A stretch of DNA of 64,000 bases from Azolla caroliniana (lineage: Eukaryota; Plantae; Polypodiophyta). Below, in pieces: positions 1 through 12,600 of the stretch. The translations under genes were made by a program, and so were the position numbers. Position 1 is the stretch's first letter. Each line of letters starts with the position of its first letter. Where the stretch lies: the NCBI GenBank assembly GCA_043228905.1, contig JBHGNT010000018.1, positions 11,346,001-11,410,000 of the forward strand, given 5' to 3'. The notes beneath the pieces were generated by a model that saw nothing but the letters and a program-made list of their open reading frames with translations, was not told where the DNA came from and did no database searches.

Positions 1-401
1 TAGGACTAAGAAATAATATAAGAGCATAAGGCATGTAACGGTTCACGCAGGAAGCGTGAACGGCTAAATAGACCCTGCGTATATAAAGGGCAGAAAACCT
101 CTGATAGAGGGAGCATGTAATTTTGGGAATGTAAAGAAACGTCTCATAATAGAATTCTATCTTCTCTGATTTCCTGTGTATAGCTACGGCTAATTCACTG
201 TGTGTGTCTTGAATACCTAAGCATTTAAGTACGTAAGTGTAACCCTTGATAGGGATTCGGTTGTAGACGTCTCCCTTATACGCTGATAGGTTACAAGGAA
301 CCTTCCCCTACGCATTATGCTTAGACACTTGTTCGTTGTTCCACCCACCTGGAGGTCTAGGTCGAAGGACTGACCGCAGACCGTGTTCCTAATCGGCAAC
401 A
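1..401 (+). mobile_element. LTR cut by the window edge, inserted in the RNase H region of the adjacent gypsy element
   Basis: Ends ...GGCAACA at 401. TATA-like ATATAAAGGG near 81. The minus-strand RNase H frame (...SERQRGYAQ) breaks exactly at this junction. Confidence 0.7.
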
Positions 402-3400
402 CTGGGCATATCCTCGTTGTCTCTCACTGAGAACTTTCACGCCGAACCAGATGGGGAACCTCGTGCCATCGTCATCCTCTTGGTTGATCACCCATCCGAT
501 CCCAGTCAAACTCGTGTCTACGGTCACATAAATCGGAGTGTCTTTGCCGTTCACCATGTGGGCTACCGAGTTCGTCCCTCCTTGCGGTAAGTTACACATC
601 CAAACTAGGCCAAGAGGAGTCCGCATCGTCGTGACATCCCTGCTCTCTACGGCTAGTTAGAACTTATCGTACCCTGAGTACAGATCCCTAAACGAGTAGA
701 TCGACCTCCCTGTGAAGGCCTCCACGAACTCATCAATGGTCGATCTAATACCTGCGTTTCGAATGGTCACCTTGTTGACCGGCTACAGGTCCTGTATGAA
801 GCACAGTGTGCTGTTCTTCTTTGGTACTGTAAACCACCGATTCGAATATGGGGCACTTGATGGTTCGAGGATGCCCATTTCCACCTTCTGTTTCAGTAGC
901 TCCATCAGCTTCGAGATGTGACGTCTGGGTACCGAAATCAATTTGAGATTCCACGGCACATGCGGTACCGTGAAGATCGCCATTGGTTCCACAACCGTCG
1001 GGTCTACGCACCCGATCTCCTCTGGCGAGAATGCGAAAGCCTTCCCGTGTCTCTTGAGCATTCTCCGAAACCGGTCCTCTTCCGCCGGTAGTAGAAAGCC
1101 ACCCCCACCGATCTTGAGCTCCCGTAGCGTTATGTCGGTGAACATGTGTCCTATGCTGACCGGATCTCGTAAACTTGGGTCCGACGCGACCCCCTTTATC
1201 CGTAACTCGCTACCCTCCATCAAGGGTGCCGCGACTGGCCTCACCTTCCGGTCCACAATCTTGTACTTCGTATCCAGTCGGGCCGTCCAATCCGACTCGA
1301 GTCCATTACCGAAGTCGGCGATGACTTCGTACATCTTTTTCGAACATACCGGAATCATCTGATCCTCATTAAGGCCTTCTCCGAACACCTCCCGAAACTT
1401 CCCTAAGGTGTCGTCGAAAGAGACTGCCTCCACAGCTCCGTTGATTTCCTCTTTAGGGCCGAGGACTCCGCATGCCCGAAGTCACTCCTCCGCCCGCTTC
1501 TTTTCCCGGCCAACTATGTCGGCTATCGTACAACCTCCGCTATCGAAGAACCAAAATTTCCTACTTCTGGTACAGGTCTTTTTGTCTATAGTACATCTTT
1601 GGGGTTTTTCCGAGGTGTCCGGACTATCGCGGCCCCACACCTTGATAACCCTCTCTAAAAATCCCCTCGGGTTTTGCCACTGAGGGTCTCGCGGTTGCGC
1701 TCATGGTTCGGTCGCACCGTCAGGAACTAGACCAAGTGATACCCATCCTGGCTCTTGACTTGTGCATATGTCGAACCGTTGTCCAGCACCTTTGTCTCCA
1801 TCCGTGCCGCTGTGATGTACGGTTCTCCGAGTATCACCGGATGCGAGGACGTCTCCTGCACGAAGAAGTGTTGATCGATCTCGACATCGCCGATTTTCAC
1901 TCGTACATTCGGGCAGGCTCCGTGTAGCTCCTCCATGGCGCGCGTTGCTTCCCGTATCTTCCACCCATGCTTGGTGTTCATCGGTCACTTTCCCTTCTTG
2001 TAGAAGTCCATGGACATCAAGTTGATCTCCGAACCATGGTCTACCAACACCACCACCAGCTCTTGGACGTCCCCGATCCGAACAGGGGTTTCCGTAGTGG
2101 CCCTAGCCTAATGTAGCCTTGAGTAGTGGCTTTCCGCCAATTCATCCTCCAGGGCCATGTCTTCTAGGTGCGTCATTCGCACCTCCACCGGCTTCTCCGG
2201 CTTCGGCTCCGTCGAAAGCCTTTTTCGCTTCACCAAGTCTACCATGGAGTGGTGGAACTCCTTGGCGATACCGAGCACTTCCCTCAGCGACAGCTCCACT
2301 TTGTTGTCGAGGATCCGTTCCTCCAGGACCTTTCGTAGGTCTGTGGTCCTTTCGATCTCTGTGCTCAACCGATAACCGGCCTTCTTGGCCTTGTCTGGTG
2401 CGCCGGATGCACCAACATCATTCTGCTTCGGCCCGAACCGAGTCTCATACCGTTGTGAGGGTCTGGCCCCCCCGGTCTTTCCCGCGTGCTTGTCTTCCAC
2501 CAAAACCTCGTAGTTCTGGCACGTGGCTTCCACAAAGCCTGTCTTCTCTTCAACCGGGTCACTCCACCCGGTTACCTCCCAGACCCGTCTTTCCGCACGG
2601 TACGCTTCCTCTTTCCTTAGCCGTACACCGGCTAGGCCTTCCAGCATCAACGGCCAGAACTCGAAGTCCTTCGTTTTCCAGACTTCATCATTTCCGACCC
2701 GGATTCTAGCTGATGCCGAGTAGTGGATGGTCTCCGTGTGACGAGCCGCCACTTCTTCCATCAGTCGTTTCATACCCTCTCGTCTGACATTCAGATCCAA
2801 GGCCCTTCGGGTCTCGCTAGCGTGCACCCGACCATTCCATAGGTACACCGCGTTAGCTCTTATCGCTTCGGCGAAGTCCCCGCAGTCCTTTCGGGCGTGG
2901 TAAATCGTGTCACACCACAAGCACCGGTTCCCAGCTGGAGGCCTTCGGTCACGGACTTGTTCGCCTCCGTCCCTCCGTGCTAGTGCAATTTGGAGGTCCC
3001 TCGCCATCTGAGTCAGCTCCTCTAGAGCCGCTCCTCCAAATGAGCCTTTGACCATGTTGGTCGAAGTCGAGCCGGTCTCAAGCCAGTCTTGGGTCTCTTC
3101 CCTTCGTGCCGAGTGGGGTACCTCGACCTTCCTTGTCGCAAGAGATCCCGCCCCCGTCAAGCCTTTATCGACCCACTAACGCCGTTTGTCAAAACAGCCG
3201 CAGACTCTCTTTACCACGGCCCAGTCGGTTGTTAGGTCGTCATCGGTCTCCAGCAAGAAGCCCACTTGCTCCCAGTCCCTTACATCCACCGATTTGACGA
3301 ACAATAGGACACGACTTGTGTCCAGTACAGTCTGGTCCAACGCCGAAAGACGTGCGAAACATTCTTCAAACTCCTGAAGAAGCACCGACGTGTTTCTCCC

Positions 3401-3800
3401 CTTTTCGGGGGTCTCCACCCATTCCATGAAGTCCCGCTTCGATAGCCGAAGCGCGTCATCAAGCTCGTATTTTTCAAGGAGCCGACCTTCAAACTCTTCC
3501 CAGGTCCGACTCTCAACCCGTACCTCAAGCACCTCCGCATGGATGCCCGGCATCGCCACCCGAGGGAATCCGGCCAGTCGCCTATCCTCCGGGATGTCCC
3601 TCATCACCATTTTGGCTCGGTAAGCCTCCAAATAGCTCGCGGCTTCCTTCCCACCGAACCGGCCTATTATGTCGACGACTGCCTCAATATCCCTATCAAG
3701 GGCGCCTGTGCCTTCGTGCACACTCACTATCTGATCCACAGCCGAAGCCATGGCTTCTGCAAGATCCGATCCTCTCATCTTTCTATTCCTCTGCCGCCTA

Positions 3801-3818
3801 TTCATGTCAGGTTCACCA
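3801..3818 (-). promoter_or_regulatory. Primer-binding site complementary to the tRNA-Trp 3' end
   Basis: The + strand reads TTCATGTCAGGTTCACCA, a 16/18 match to the plant tRNA-Trp end TTCACGTCGGGTTCACCA (from memory). Both mismatches are CpG-type transitions. It lies 4 nt from the LTR. Confidence 0.75.
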
Positions 3819-3822
3819 AATA

Positions 3823-4465
3823 TGTCGCATTGTTACGCGCATGCGTGGAGAACTAGACGGGACCACGAGGACCTTGGACCGAGAAATAACCGAACGAGAA
3901 GAGGGGAAGGAAACTACCGATGTACTTCACACACGCACAAACACACAGATTCACAGGAGTTGCAACTAACTCTGAACAATGGAGACAGAACGAATGTATA
4001 GGTATATATGAATCAAGGAGTTACAACCACCAAGCCGGCGAGTGATAGGCTCCGCCACCTGCACACACACACACACACAGAACACGAGATGGAGACTCTG
4101 CCGGAAGCACTCGGGCGTTCCGCGGAGCAGAGTCAGCCTCCTGAAAACCTGCACAGAATGACTATGGGGACTATAGAGGAGAAGAGCTCGGTTCTAGTCC
4201 GGCAGCACTTCGCCCTCTACAAAACTCGATCCCTTTTACAATACCTCTCCCTCTCTTTTATAACCCAAGGAGGGAGGCCATTACCACCCGTTACATCAGG
4301 GACATGCCTCGATTTTCTCCCTAATGAATGCGTGCTACCTAGGATTTCACCTCAGCCGACTTGTACCTATCTACGTACTATACAACAAAACTTGTGCCCA
4401 CGTGTAAGGGCCGGTTTACACACGTTATACTTGGTTTCCGCCTAGGGACGGTTTTCTCCACGACA
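3823..4465 (-). repeat. 5' LTR (643 bp) of the Trp-primed gypsy element
   Basis: TGTCG/CGACA inverted termini. Minus-strand TATA (TTATAAAAG) near 4255-4263. The Copia integrase frame (YFITFVDDCTR) is cut at 4466. Confidence 0.8.
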
Positions 4466-6463
4466 CCGTGTACAGTCATCTACGAATGTGATGAAGTATC
4501 GGGAGCCTCCTAGTGATCGATCTAGCATGGTCCCACATATGTTTGTGTGCACTAGTTCTAGGGGTTGTCATACCGTCTCATAGTGGAGAGAGTGTGAACT
4601 TCGGGTATGTTTCCCATATCGAAAGTGCTCGTAGAAGTCCGTCTTTACCTGGAGTTTCGGGATGTAACCGACCGACATCAGTTGATCAAGTCCGGCTTGA
4701 GACATGTGGCCAAGTCGGCCATGCCATAAGTTCGGGTTAGTTTTCTCGGCTACGTTCACGACCCCTTCAAGGTTGATCGCCATCAATGGGTTTAGATTAT
4801 TATACTTATGCCCACTACCGATTTTGAGGTTTCCTCAGCTGATCACCCATGTCGACTCATGTAGAGTCATTCTATACCCGTCTTCGGCTAACATGTCGAT
4901 GGAAACCAGACTCCTCTTTAGATCGGGTACGTGCCGAACTCGGTGCAAGGTTATTGTGTTGCCATTTGGCAATCTGATGGGAACCTCCCCAGTTTCGGCT
5001 ATCTTGCACTCCTGCTCATTTCCCAGTCGGATTGTGCCGCTTGCATCGGCTGAATAGTTCGAGAACCATTCAACGTTGGGGGTCATGTGAAATGTGGCAC
5101 CAGAGTCTAGTAGCCACGTGTGTGCAACTTGTGCACTGTAGAGGACTTCTCCGATCATCAAATCCTCTAGGGAGAGGATTTCTCCGGATCGGGTGTCGGC
5201 AACATTGATCTGGTTGCCAACTAGAGAGTGGTCCGAGTCGGAACGTCCCCGATTCCGCTCGGATCGTTGAACACTCTCTTTTCTTTTTATTGACCAGCAG
5301 TCGGAAACATTGTGGCCAACTTTCCTTCAGTGTGTGCAGTACTCACTTGTTCGGCCCGTTCTCGACTTCGACCGTTGTCGGTCACCCCTTGTTTTCGATC
5401 GGCTGTAGCGACGACCGGTTCTGTCAGCTTGTTCTTTTGTTCGACTCTGTCGGTCGAACGACTCGGTCGAGTGATGGGCTTCTACCGACTCGTCGATGGT
5501 TAGTCCCATCGATTTTCACCTGATGTCCTCTGTGAGGACTTGGACGGTTGTTTCGTCCAGATTTGGGATCGGTCAGCTATTGGCGTAAGTCGTACAGAAT
5601 ACCTCCCAACTCGCCGGCAAGCTCAATAGGAGGGCAAGGTCTTTCACTTCTTCTTCGAAGTTGATCCCTTGTGACGAGAGCTCTGACAACACCCGGCTGA
5701 AGGTGTTGATGTGGGAGGTTTCCGGATCAGTCTCTTTCATCTTCATGTTGAACAATTCTTTAATATATATCAGTTTCGAAGATGAGGACTTCTTCTTATA
5801 TACGACCTGTAATTTCTCCCGCAATGAGAACGTTGTCGCCTCTTTTGCCATGCTGAAATAGACGTTTTCAGTCAATTGCATTCAAATGATGGAGTGTGCT
5901 ATTTTGTCCATTGATCTCCACTCTTCTGTTGTCATCGAAGCATGCTTTTCGTTATGCCGAATGGCTTCGACCTGTCTTCGGATAATCAACACATCCTGCA
6001 TCATCTCTTTCCACAGGGCAAAGTTTTTGCCATCGAATTTTCTAATTTCAACTCCTGTTCTGGATGTTGAAGCCATATTCTTTCTGTGGATTTGATGTTT
6101 CTAACCTAGTCTTTTCTTTCAGCTTCTTCTTCTGTTATTTGTTGCCGCCGCACAGTAGAACACAGCTCTGATACCAATTGTTGGTAAATGTCAACTGTTA
6201 TGCAGAAGTGTGTGTTCGGATCTTATGGCTATGAACAGCAAACAACATACACACAAAAGATAGAGAAGGCAAATATAGATTTACACAGATGGAGCTTTAA
6301 TGGAAAGCTTCTTATTACTTCGTTCTTTCTCAGAGATACAATAGTTTGCTCGTCATTCTTCGTTACAATGTTAGGTATTCGCTTATATACTAAGCCCTAA
6401 ATTATTAACGAGTTCACACTAGGACGGATACAATTTGGAAGGAGTCGGCCTTTTATGCCAACA
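4466..6463 (-). mobile_element. Ty1/copia 5' part: LTR, PBS, gag, protease, GAG-pre-integrase, start of integrase
   Basis: LTR 6179-6463 (TGTTGG...CCAACA, 285 bp). tRNA-iMet PBS TGGTATCAGAGC at 6176-6165. gag KFDGKNFALWK (5882-6076, 5573-5881). Protease WLLDSGATFHMT (4835-5161). LWHGRLGH motif. Confidence 0.92.
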
Positions 6464-9400
6464 TGCCATGTACTCATTATACCCGTATCTCTTTACGGGG
6501 TTCTTTAGGCGGGTAGATCGGCATAATTCGTGATTGGCCGATTTCGCGGCCCTCTTGGCCGACATTGACCTCTTCCACGGAGGTTCCTTTTCGATTGGCT
6601 CGAAGTCAGATTCGCTCCGATGGGACTCGGCACTGCCGAAATCGTACTCTGACATCTTCTTCTTCCCTTCTCTCTACGTGTAAACCGTCTCCTCGATTCC
6701 TTACGCAGGGACAACACGGTTGAGTCTCCACTACTCGCCGGCTCTTCACACGGTTGACCATCTCGGGTCAACCCCTCACTCGGCCCACTTAGCCGAAATG
6801 AGATCGGACTCTCTCCCAAAGCTCCGATTTTTCCTCATTGCGGGAAGGCATCTCAGCCTCGTTGACCTCTTCTTCAGAATTCGGAGTGGATTCATTGGGT
6901 ACTGGGGGAGAAGACAAGTACCAAGAAGCGGACTCGTCGAACACAGCATCTCGACTTACGTGAGCTTGTTTGGTTCGGGGGTTATAGCACTTATAACCCT
7001 TCTTTTCATCCAAGTAGCCAACCAAGATACACTTCTCGGCTTTGGCATCCAGCTTCCTCCGTTTCTCCTTCGGCACATGCACATACGCGATGCTACCGAA
7101 AACCCCCTCAAGTGTACCACGGCTTCTTGCCGAAGTACAGCTCATGTGGCGACACTCCTCCATTGGCAGAAGTTCGATTCTGCAAGTAATCAACCGTCCT
7201 TACGGTATCGCCCTTGCCGCCTCTTCGATTGTCCGATTCTTCCGCTTGGCCACGTTGTTCTACTACGGCGTGTATCTACACGAGAATTCGCATCCAATTC
7301 CCTCCTTCTGTAGATAACTCGCGAACTGATCAGAGAAGTACTCCTTCCCGTCATCGGACCGTAGGCACTTGAACTTATGCCCAGTTTCCCTTTCCGCAAG
7401 GCTCTTTACCTTCAGGAAACACGTGGACACTTCACTCTTTTTTGCGATCAATCATGCCCAAGTGTGCCGAGAGAAGTTATCGATGAAAGTCACGAAATAT
7501 CGGCTTCCACCGAGACTCACGTTCTGTGTTGGTTCCCATACATCCGAATGGATCACATTGAGCGTATTTCGAATCTAGTTATGCTCATTGGGGAATGGAA
7601 GTCGGTGATGCTTTCCCAACTAGTAGGCTTCGTAGACTTGGCCCTTTCGGCCACTGAATTTCGGCAAGCCAAAAATGATGCTTTTCTTCTACATTTCTCG
7701 AAACTTCGGGAAGTTGACATGACCGAACCGCTTGTGCCATAGGTCAATATCTGATTCGACCTTTTGTCTTTTCGCAAACATAGCGGTGCCTACATTGTTG
7801 GTCTCGAGGATAAACATCCTCCCTTCATGACGCCCTTGCTCGATTATTTTGCCTTCCTCTTCTATGAAGCACCCAAGATGCGTGAATCGAACTTGCATCC
7901 CTTGGTCAACGATCTGGCCGACTGACATCAAGTTCTTGGTTATTGTTGGGACGTGTAGCATGTTCATGAGCTTCCTTTTTTGTCCAACGTGACTAAGGGG
8001 AACTTCACCGACATGTTCGATGGTATGTGCAATGTTCGTCTCCAGTTTCGACCACTCCTTGTTTTTCCGATCTCTCCAGGTACGAGAACCATTCCTCGTG
8101 ACTCGTCATATGATTTGATGCTCCGGAGTCAACATTCCACACCTCGTCTACTCTAGAGGTGTTCACGGCCATCGAATTAGCCTTGTGCTTCATTACGAAG
8201 GTTGAGCCCAATCCATTTCCAGCTCATTCAGAGCCTTCCGTGTAGTGCGAACTTTGACGCCTCTCTGCGTCTCTTCAACTCGATCCAGCTTTGTCGGAAT
8301 CGGCTTGTTTCTTCCAGCACTCGCTCTCCTTGTGGCCTTTCTTGCTACAGTACCAACAATCCGCCACGGCCTTCTCTTGCCGGTTTCCGGCACCGCCATG
8401 ACTCCCCTTGCTTTCGGAGGGTTCGGAACTGCTTCCGGCATTTTCATTATGCCGCATGTTCTGCTCTTTTTGGCCGCCTCCATTGCGTGCCGATCCGCCA
8501 CGTCCGCCACGTCCGCCACGACCACGGGTCCTATCTTCCTCCGTGTACAACATTTTGTTGTTGGCGTGCGTACTCGTCAACGCACCCGCGTGATTTTCCT
8601 CTACAAGCAACATCGATTGAAGCTTGAAGAACGATGGTGTATTCTCCCTTGTGTAGATCGTCGTTCGGAAAGCTCCGAACATGGACGCTAGCCCTCCAAG
8701 GCACACCTGCACCATTTCATCTTCCTCGATGTTCACGTTGACGGAGGCGAGAGAATCACATATTTCCTTGTTTTGGGCCATGTAATCAGCCATAGATAGA
8801 TCTTTCTGTCGGACATTGTTGAGCTCCTATCTGAGCTGCAGCTTCCTGGCCATTGTGATCGCGGCAAAAATCCACTTGAGATTCGCCCACGCGTCCTTTG
8901 GCATCTTGGCATCCCGAATGTAGCTCAAGAGCTAGTCGCTCACACAAGACGCAAGGCAGTATAGAACTCTGCTGGCCACATGTTCCCAGGTCGAGAAGTC
9001 TCTGTGTGTCGATTCGGGTGTTGTGTTGTTAGCTCCATCGACATAACTCCGAGAGCCGTGCCCAAGCAGGTACTGGTGCATCTTGTACAACCAAGATGCG
9101 TAGTTGCTTTTGTCCAACTTCTCTATAGGAAGCGAGCTAGCCATCCCTCTATCCATTCTTATTTCTCTTCAGTTCTTCACGGTGATGTTTGTCTATTTGT
9201 CAATTGTTGAGGATTTCAACCCTTGGATACCATGTAAAAGAATAGCGTGTGTGTGGAAGCGTAACAGACACAACCGTGTAACACAGATGACGAAGAGAAG
9301 GTTTAATGGAAAGCTTTGAACACAACACAACGTATGCGGAAGAGACAGAGAATGAGAGAGAGTGTGAGCAGAACACACAAAACTTAGATTCAAAAATAAC

Positions 9401-9665
9401 TCTCTGTCACTCTATACAAGATGTGCTCAATCGGCGCTTTTTATACAAGTCCTTATGGACAGACAGAAGTACTGTCAAAGTACTGACACATACTTCAATG
9501 CTCATTAATGAGCCTCCTAAACTAACTCCCAAAATTATTCCTTACGAGGAATAACGCTCTAACGGCCTCTCAGCTTACGCACCGTTATGGCCTTTGTGCG
9601 TATGGTTTTATGCACCCAGTCTACGCACTTGGTTACACACCCAATGTTGAGCTTGTATCTCAACA
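6464..9665 (-). mobile_element. Second Ty1/copia ('family B') 5' part: LTR, gag, protease, integrase
   Basis: LTR 9233-9665 (TGTTGAG...TTTTACA on minus) followed by a diverged iMet-like PBS TGGTATCCAAG. gag EKLDKSNYASW with knuckle CWYCSKKGHKESEC. Protease WNVDSGASNHMT. LWHKRFGH. Integrase LRSDDGKEY. AYVHVPKEKRRKLD. Cut by the LTR at 6463. Confidence 0.92.
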
Positions 9666-12600
9666 CTATTGCACTCCTAAGGAGTGCTTTCTTTCATTTT
9701 CTACAAACAACTTTGAGAAGGTTTACCTTGGCAATAACCATGCTTGCAACATTGAAGCACTTGGCGTTGTTGGTCAAGAGTTAACAAAAGACCAAGTTTA
9801 GTTTATTCTTGGGATTAAGAAGAGTTTGTCGTTTGTGGGGCAACTTGATATACAAGGCTATTCTACAATCATCACAAGTGGAACATGAAAGATTGTGCGT
9901 GGAACAAGACTCAGGTCGAGCTCTTCCTAGTCGATTAATTGCAATTGAGGAAGTAGAAAATGGAGTCACTTGTGGCATAAAAGATTAGGTCATATGAGCC
10001 AAAATGGCTTCGACATTCTACTCTCTTCTCAGAAGTTGGTCTCATGGTGTAAGCTTGATTTTTGCAACAATTGCCTTTATGGAATACAAGTAAATTGTTC
10101 TTAGAACATTGGTTCTTCAAGGAAAACAACACCACTCAAGCTCATACACTTTGATTTATGTACTATGGCTACTAAATCCTTAAAAGGCCCTTATATTTCA
10201 GGAGGTTTTTGCCTCAATAGTCAAAATGGAACACTATTTGCTATCTCAACCTTTTTAGATTGGGAGTTATACCCAATGGATGTAAAGATGGTTTTCCTTC
10301 ATGGAAGCCTAGATGAGGAGCTTTATATGTTGCAACCTAGATGAGGATTCTCAATTCGAGGAAAAGAGCATTTAGTTTTAACTTCCATGTGACCTCTATG
10401 GCCTAAAAGAAGCTCCATATCTTTGATATAAAATATTTGATTCTCTCATGCTCTCAAATGGCTTCACTCAAAGTAAGGCAGATCCGTCTCTCTGTATGAA
10501 AAAGGAAACTAATGACAAACCTATTATTTTGGTTTTCTATGTTGATGACAAGCTCATTGCAAGAAAGCATAAAACAACTTTGGAGGAATTAAAATCCAAG
10601 CTCAATAAGAAGGTATACAAAATTTCAAATGCCTGATGCAAAGTCATCTTCAATGTCTCTTCAATCACAATAAAAGCTTTCAAAAGCACATTATCCTAAA
10701 CATAGAGCACACTCATGGGTACATTAATGTATGCAATGGTACCAACACGACCCACTATTGAATATGCAATACGAGTAGTAAGCATATATTATGAGCAATG
10801 TTGGGCAAAGTCTCTAGACCCTACCGAAAATATTCCGGCTACGCATGATCCTAACCGGAATTTAAAATTTTTAACCAGCCACTTTCCTACAAGCAATTGT
10901 CAACCAGAACATGTTGATTTTTATTTTTTTTTAAATTAGCGCATACCAAATCAAATAAATCGCAAAATTTTAGATCCAAATATATATATATATATAGATA
11001 TGTTTACTAACTTTGTAAACAAAATCCACTTTTCAAAACATTGTAAAGTTTACTAACCCACATAAGCTACATCTTAGATCAAATTAGATCTAATATATAT
11101 AAAGTTCACAAACAAATTAGATCAAATTTACAAAGTTTCCATGTATTCTAAACACAATAACAAGATTAAAATACCTGGGATATATGGAAGATTACGAGGC
11201 AATAAAGGACAGTTTCCACTATAGATCTTCCAATATATCAAAAAATAAAAAAGAAAGAGGAAGGCTCACATTAGCTTACACGCACATGCAAATCCATGTA
11301 TGTAAATGTGAAAGAAATTGAGGGATATATTGCAAACAATATTGAAGGAAAAGATTAAGAGAAAAGAAGTGGTGTATACATATATTAAAACAACACAAAT
11401 GCTAGGTAATAATGCTTGTTGACTTTTCATGAACCCATAAATAATTGAGTTTGAACTCATGAGATGTAATAGAACATAAAATTGATTGAATATAATATGT
11501 TTACCAAAAAACAAATGATAAAAAATAACACTTTTTGGAGTTAAGAGATGTGTGCAAGTTGGAAAAGAATCTTGGAGTTAAATCTACAAGTATGAAACGT
11601 TTCACCATTTAAATGATCCATGAAAGATAAAATAAGAGTGTTAAATGACTAGGTAACTATGTTCATTGCTTGTTGGAGAGAGAGAGAGAGATGTAAATGT
11701 GAATAGAGAGAGGCCAATGTGCAAATTGATAAAGATAATGTCAATGTAGAAGAAGATAAGAAACATAATGAAGGGGGAACTTTGGACATTTCTGATCATT
11801 GAAATTTAATGGTTGCTATGCCATGTAACATGGTAGAATTATTAAAGATATTTCTTTATAAACATTTTTTGCAAAGTGGTAGATCAAATGCATTGCAGAA
11901 TAGAAGAAGTATAAAATGAATACAAAAAGTGATCAAAAGAGGAGGAAAGAGAATATTAAGGGTGAATCTTTATAAAGTGAATAATCAAATGTGAGCATGG
12001 TGAGGTTGTTCCATCTTCTATATTACATTCCTTATATAAGTACCACATATGTTTCTTTAAAACCTTTCTTGACATTTAATCATCTCCTACAATATGGTTT
12101 CTTTGGTTGCTTCTAAACTTTACCCAACATATTCTTCAATTTACTAGAATTCTATGAGGTTATTTTACTATTGATGCCAAGTTTTCACATTGAATGCACT
12201 AAAGTCGACTTCACATAGGTGAGTGTGAGATTCACACTACAATTCATAATCACATATCTCTCTCTGACTTTATGAATCTGTTATCTTCAATTAAAACATC
12301 TGCAATTTGATATTCAGTTTTAGTATGAGTCACATATCTAAGCATTCTTCTTTTTTTGCTTCAAGAACAAACTTCCTTGGATAATGCAAATACTTAAACC
12401 AATTGCAAAACTAAGTTCAAGCCTTACAATTTTCAAATAAATTAGACTTTCAAAGTTGTTGTAGCATTCTCTACTGGGTACCAAAATCAACTCTCAGCTT
12501 CACATTTTGCAGAAGTGGTGTATGAATGGGCATGCAATCAATCAACCCCAAACCCTAAAGTAAAGTCTCCTTGAATGGAATTTCATGCCCTAAAGAAGAC

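Larger units (their letters stand above)
402..4465 (-). mobile_element. Degenerate Ty3/gypsy retrotransposon: 5' LTR, PBS, gag, protease, partial RT and RNase H
   Basis: LTR 3823-4465 with TGTCG...CGACA ends. gag ORFs 3176-3805 and 2108-3160 (CxxCx4Hx4C knuckle CLWCDTIYHARKDC). Protease LVDHGSEINL near 2020-2060. RT motif SAPYSNRWFTVPKK in ORF 783-1433. RNase H IYVTVDTS. RT runs straight into RNase H near 548, so the YxDD half is deleted. Confidence 0.9.

Noticed and set aside
1-401. Hammerhead ribozyme (retrozyme) in this or other LTRs
   Set aside because: Hairpins exist (e.g. GTTCACGC-AGGAA-GCGTGAAC at 41-61), but I found no CTGANGA...GAAA core with proper stems.
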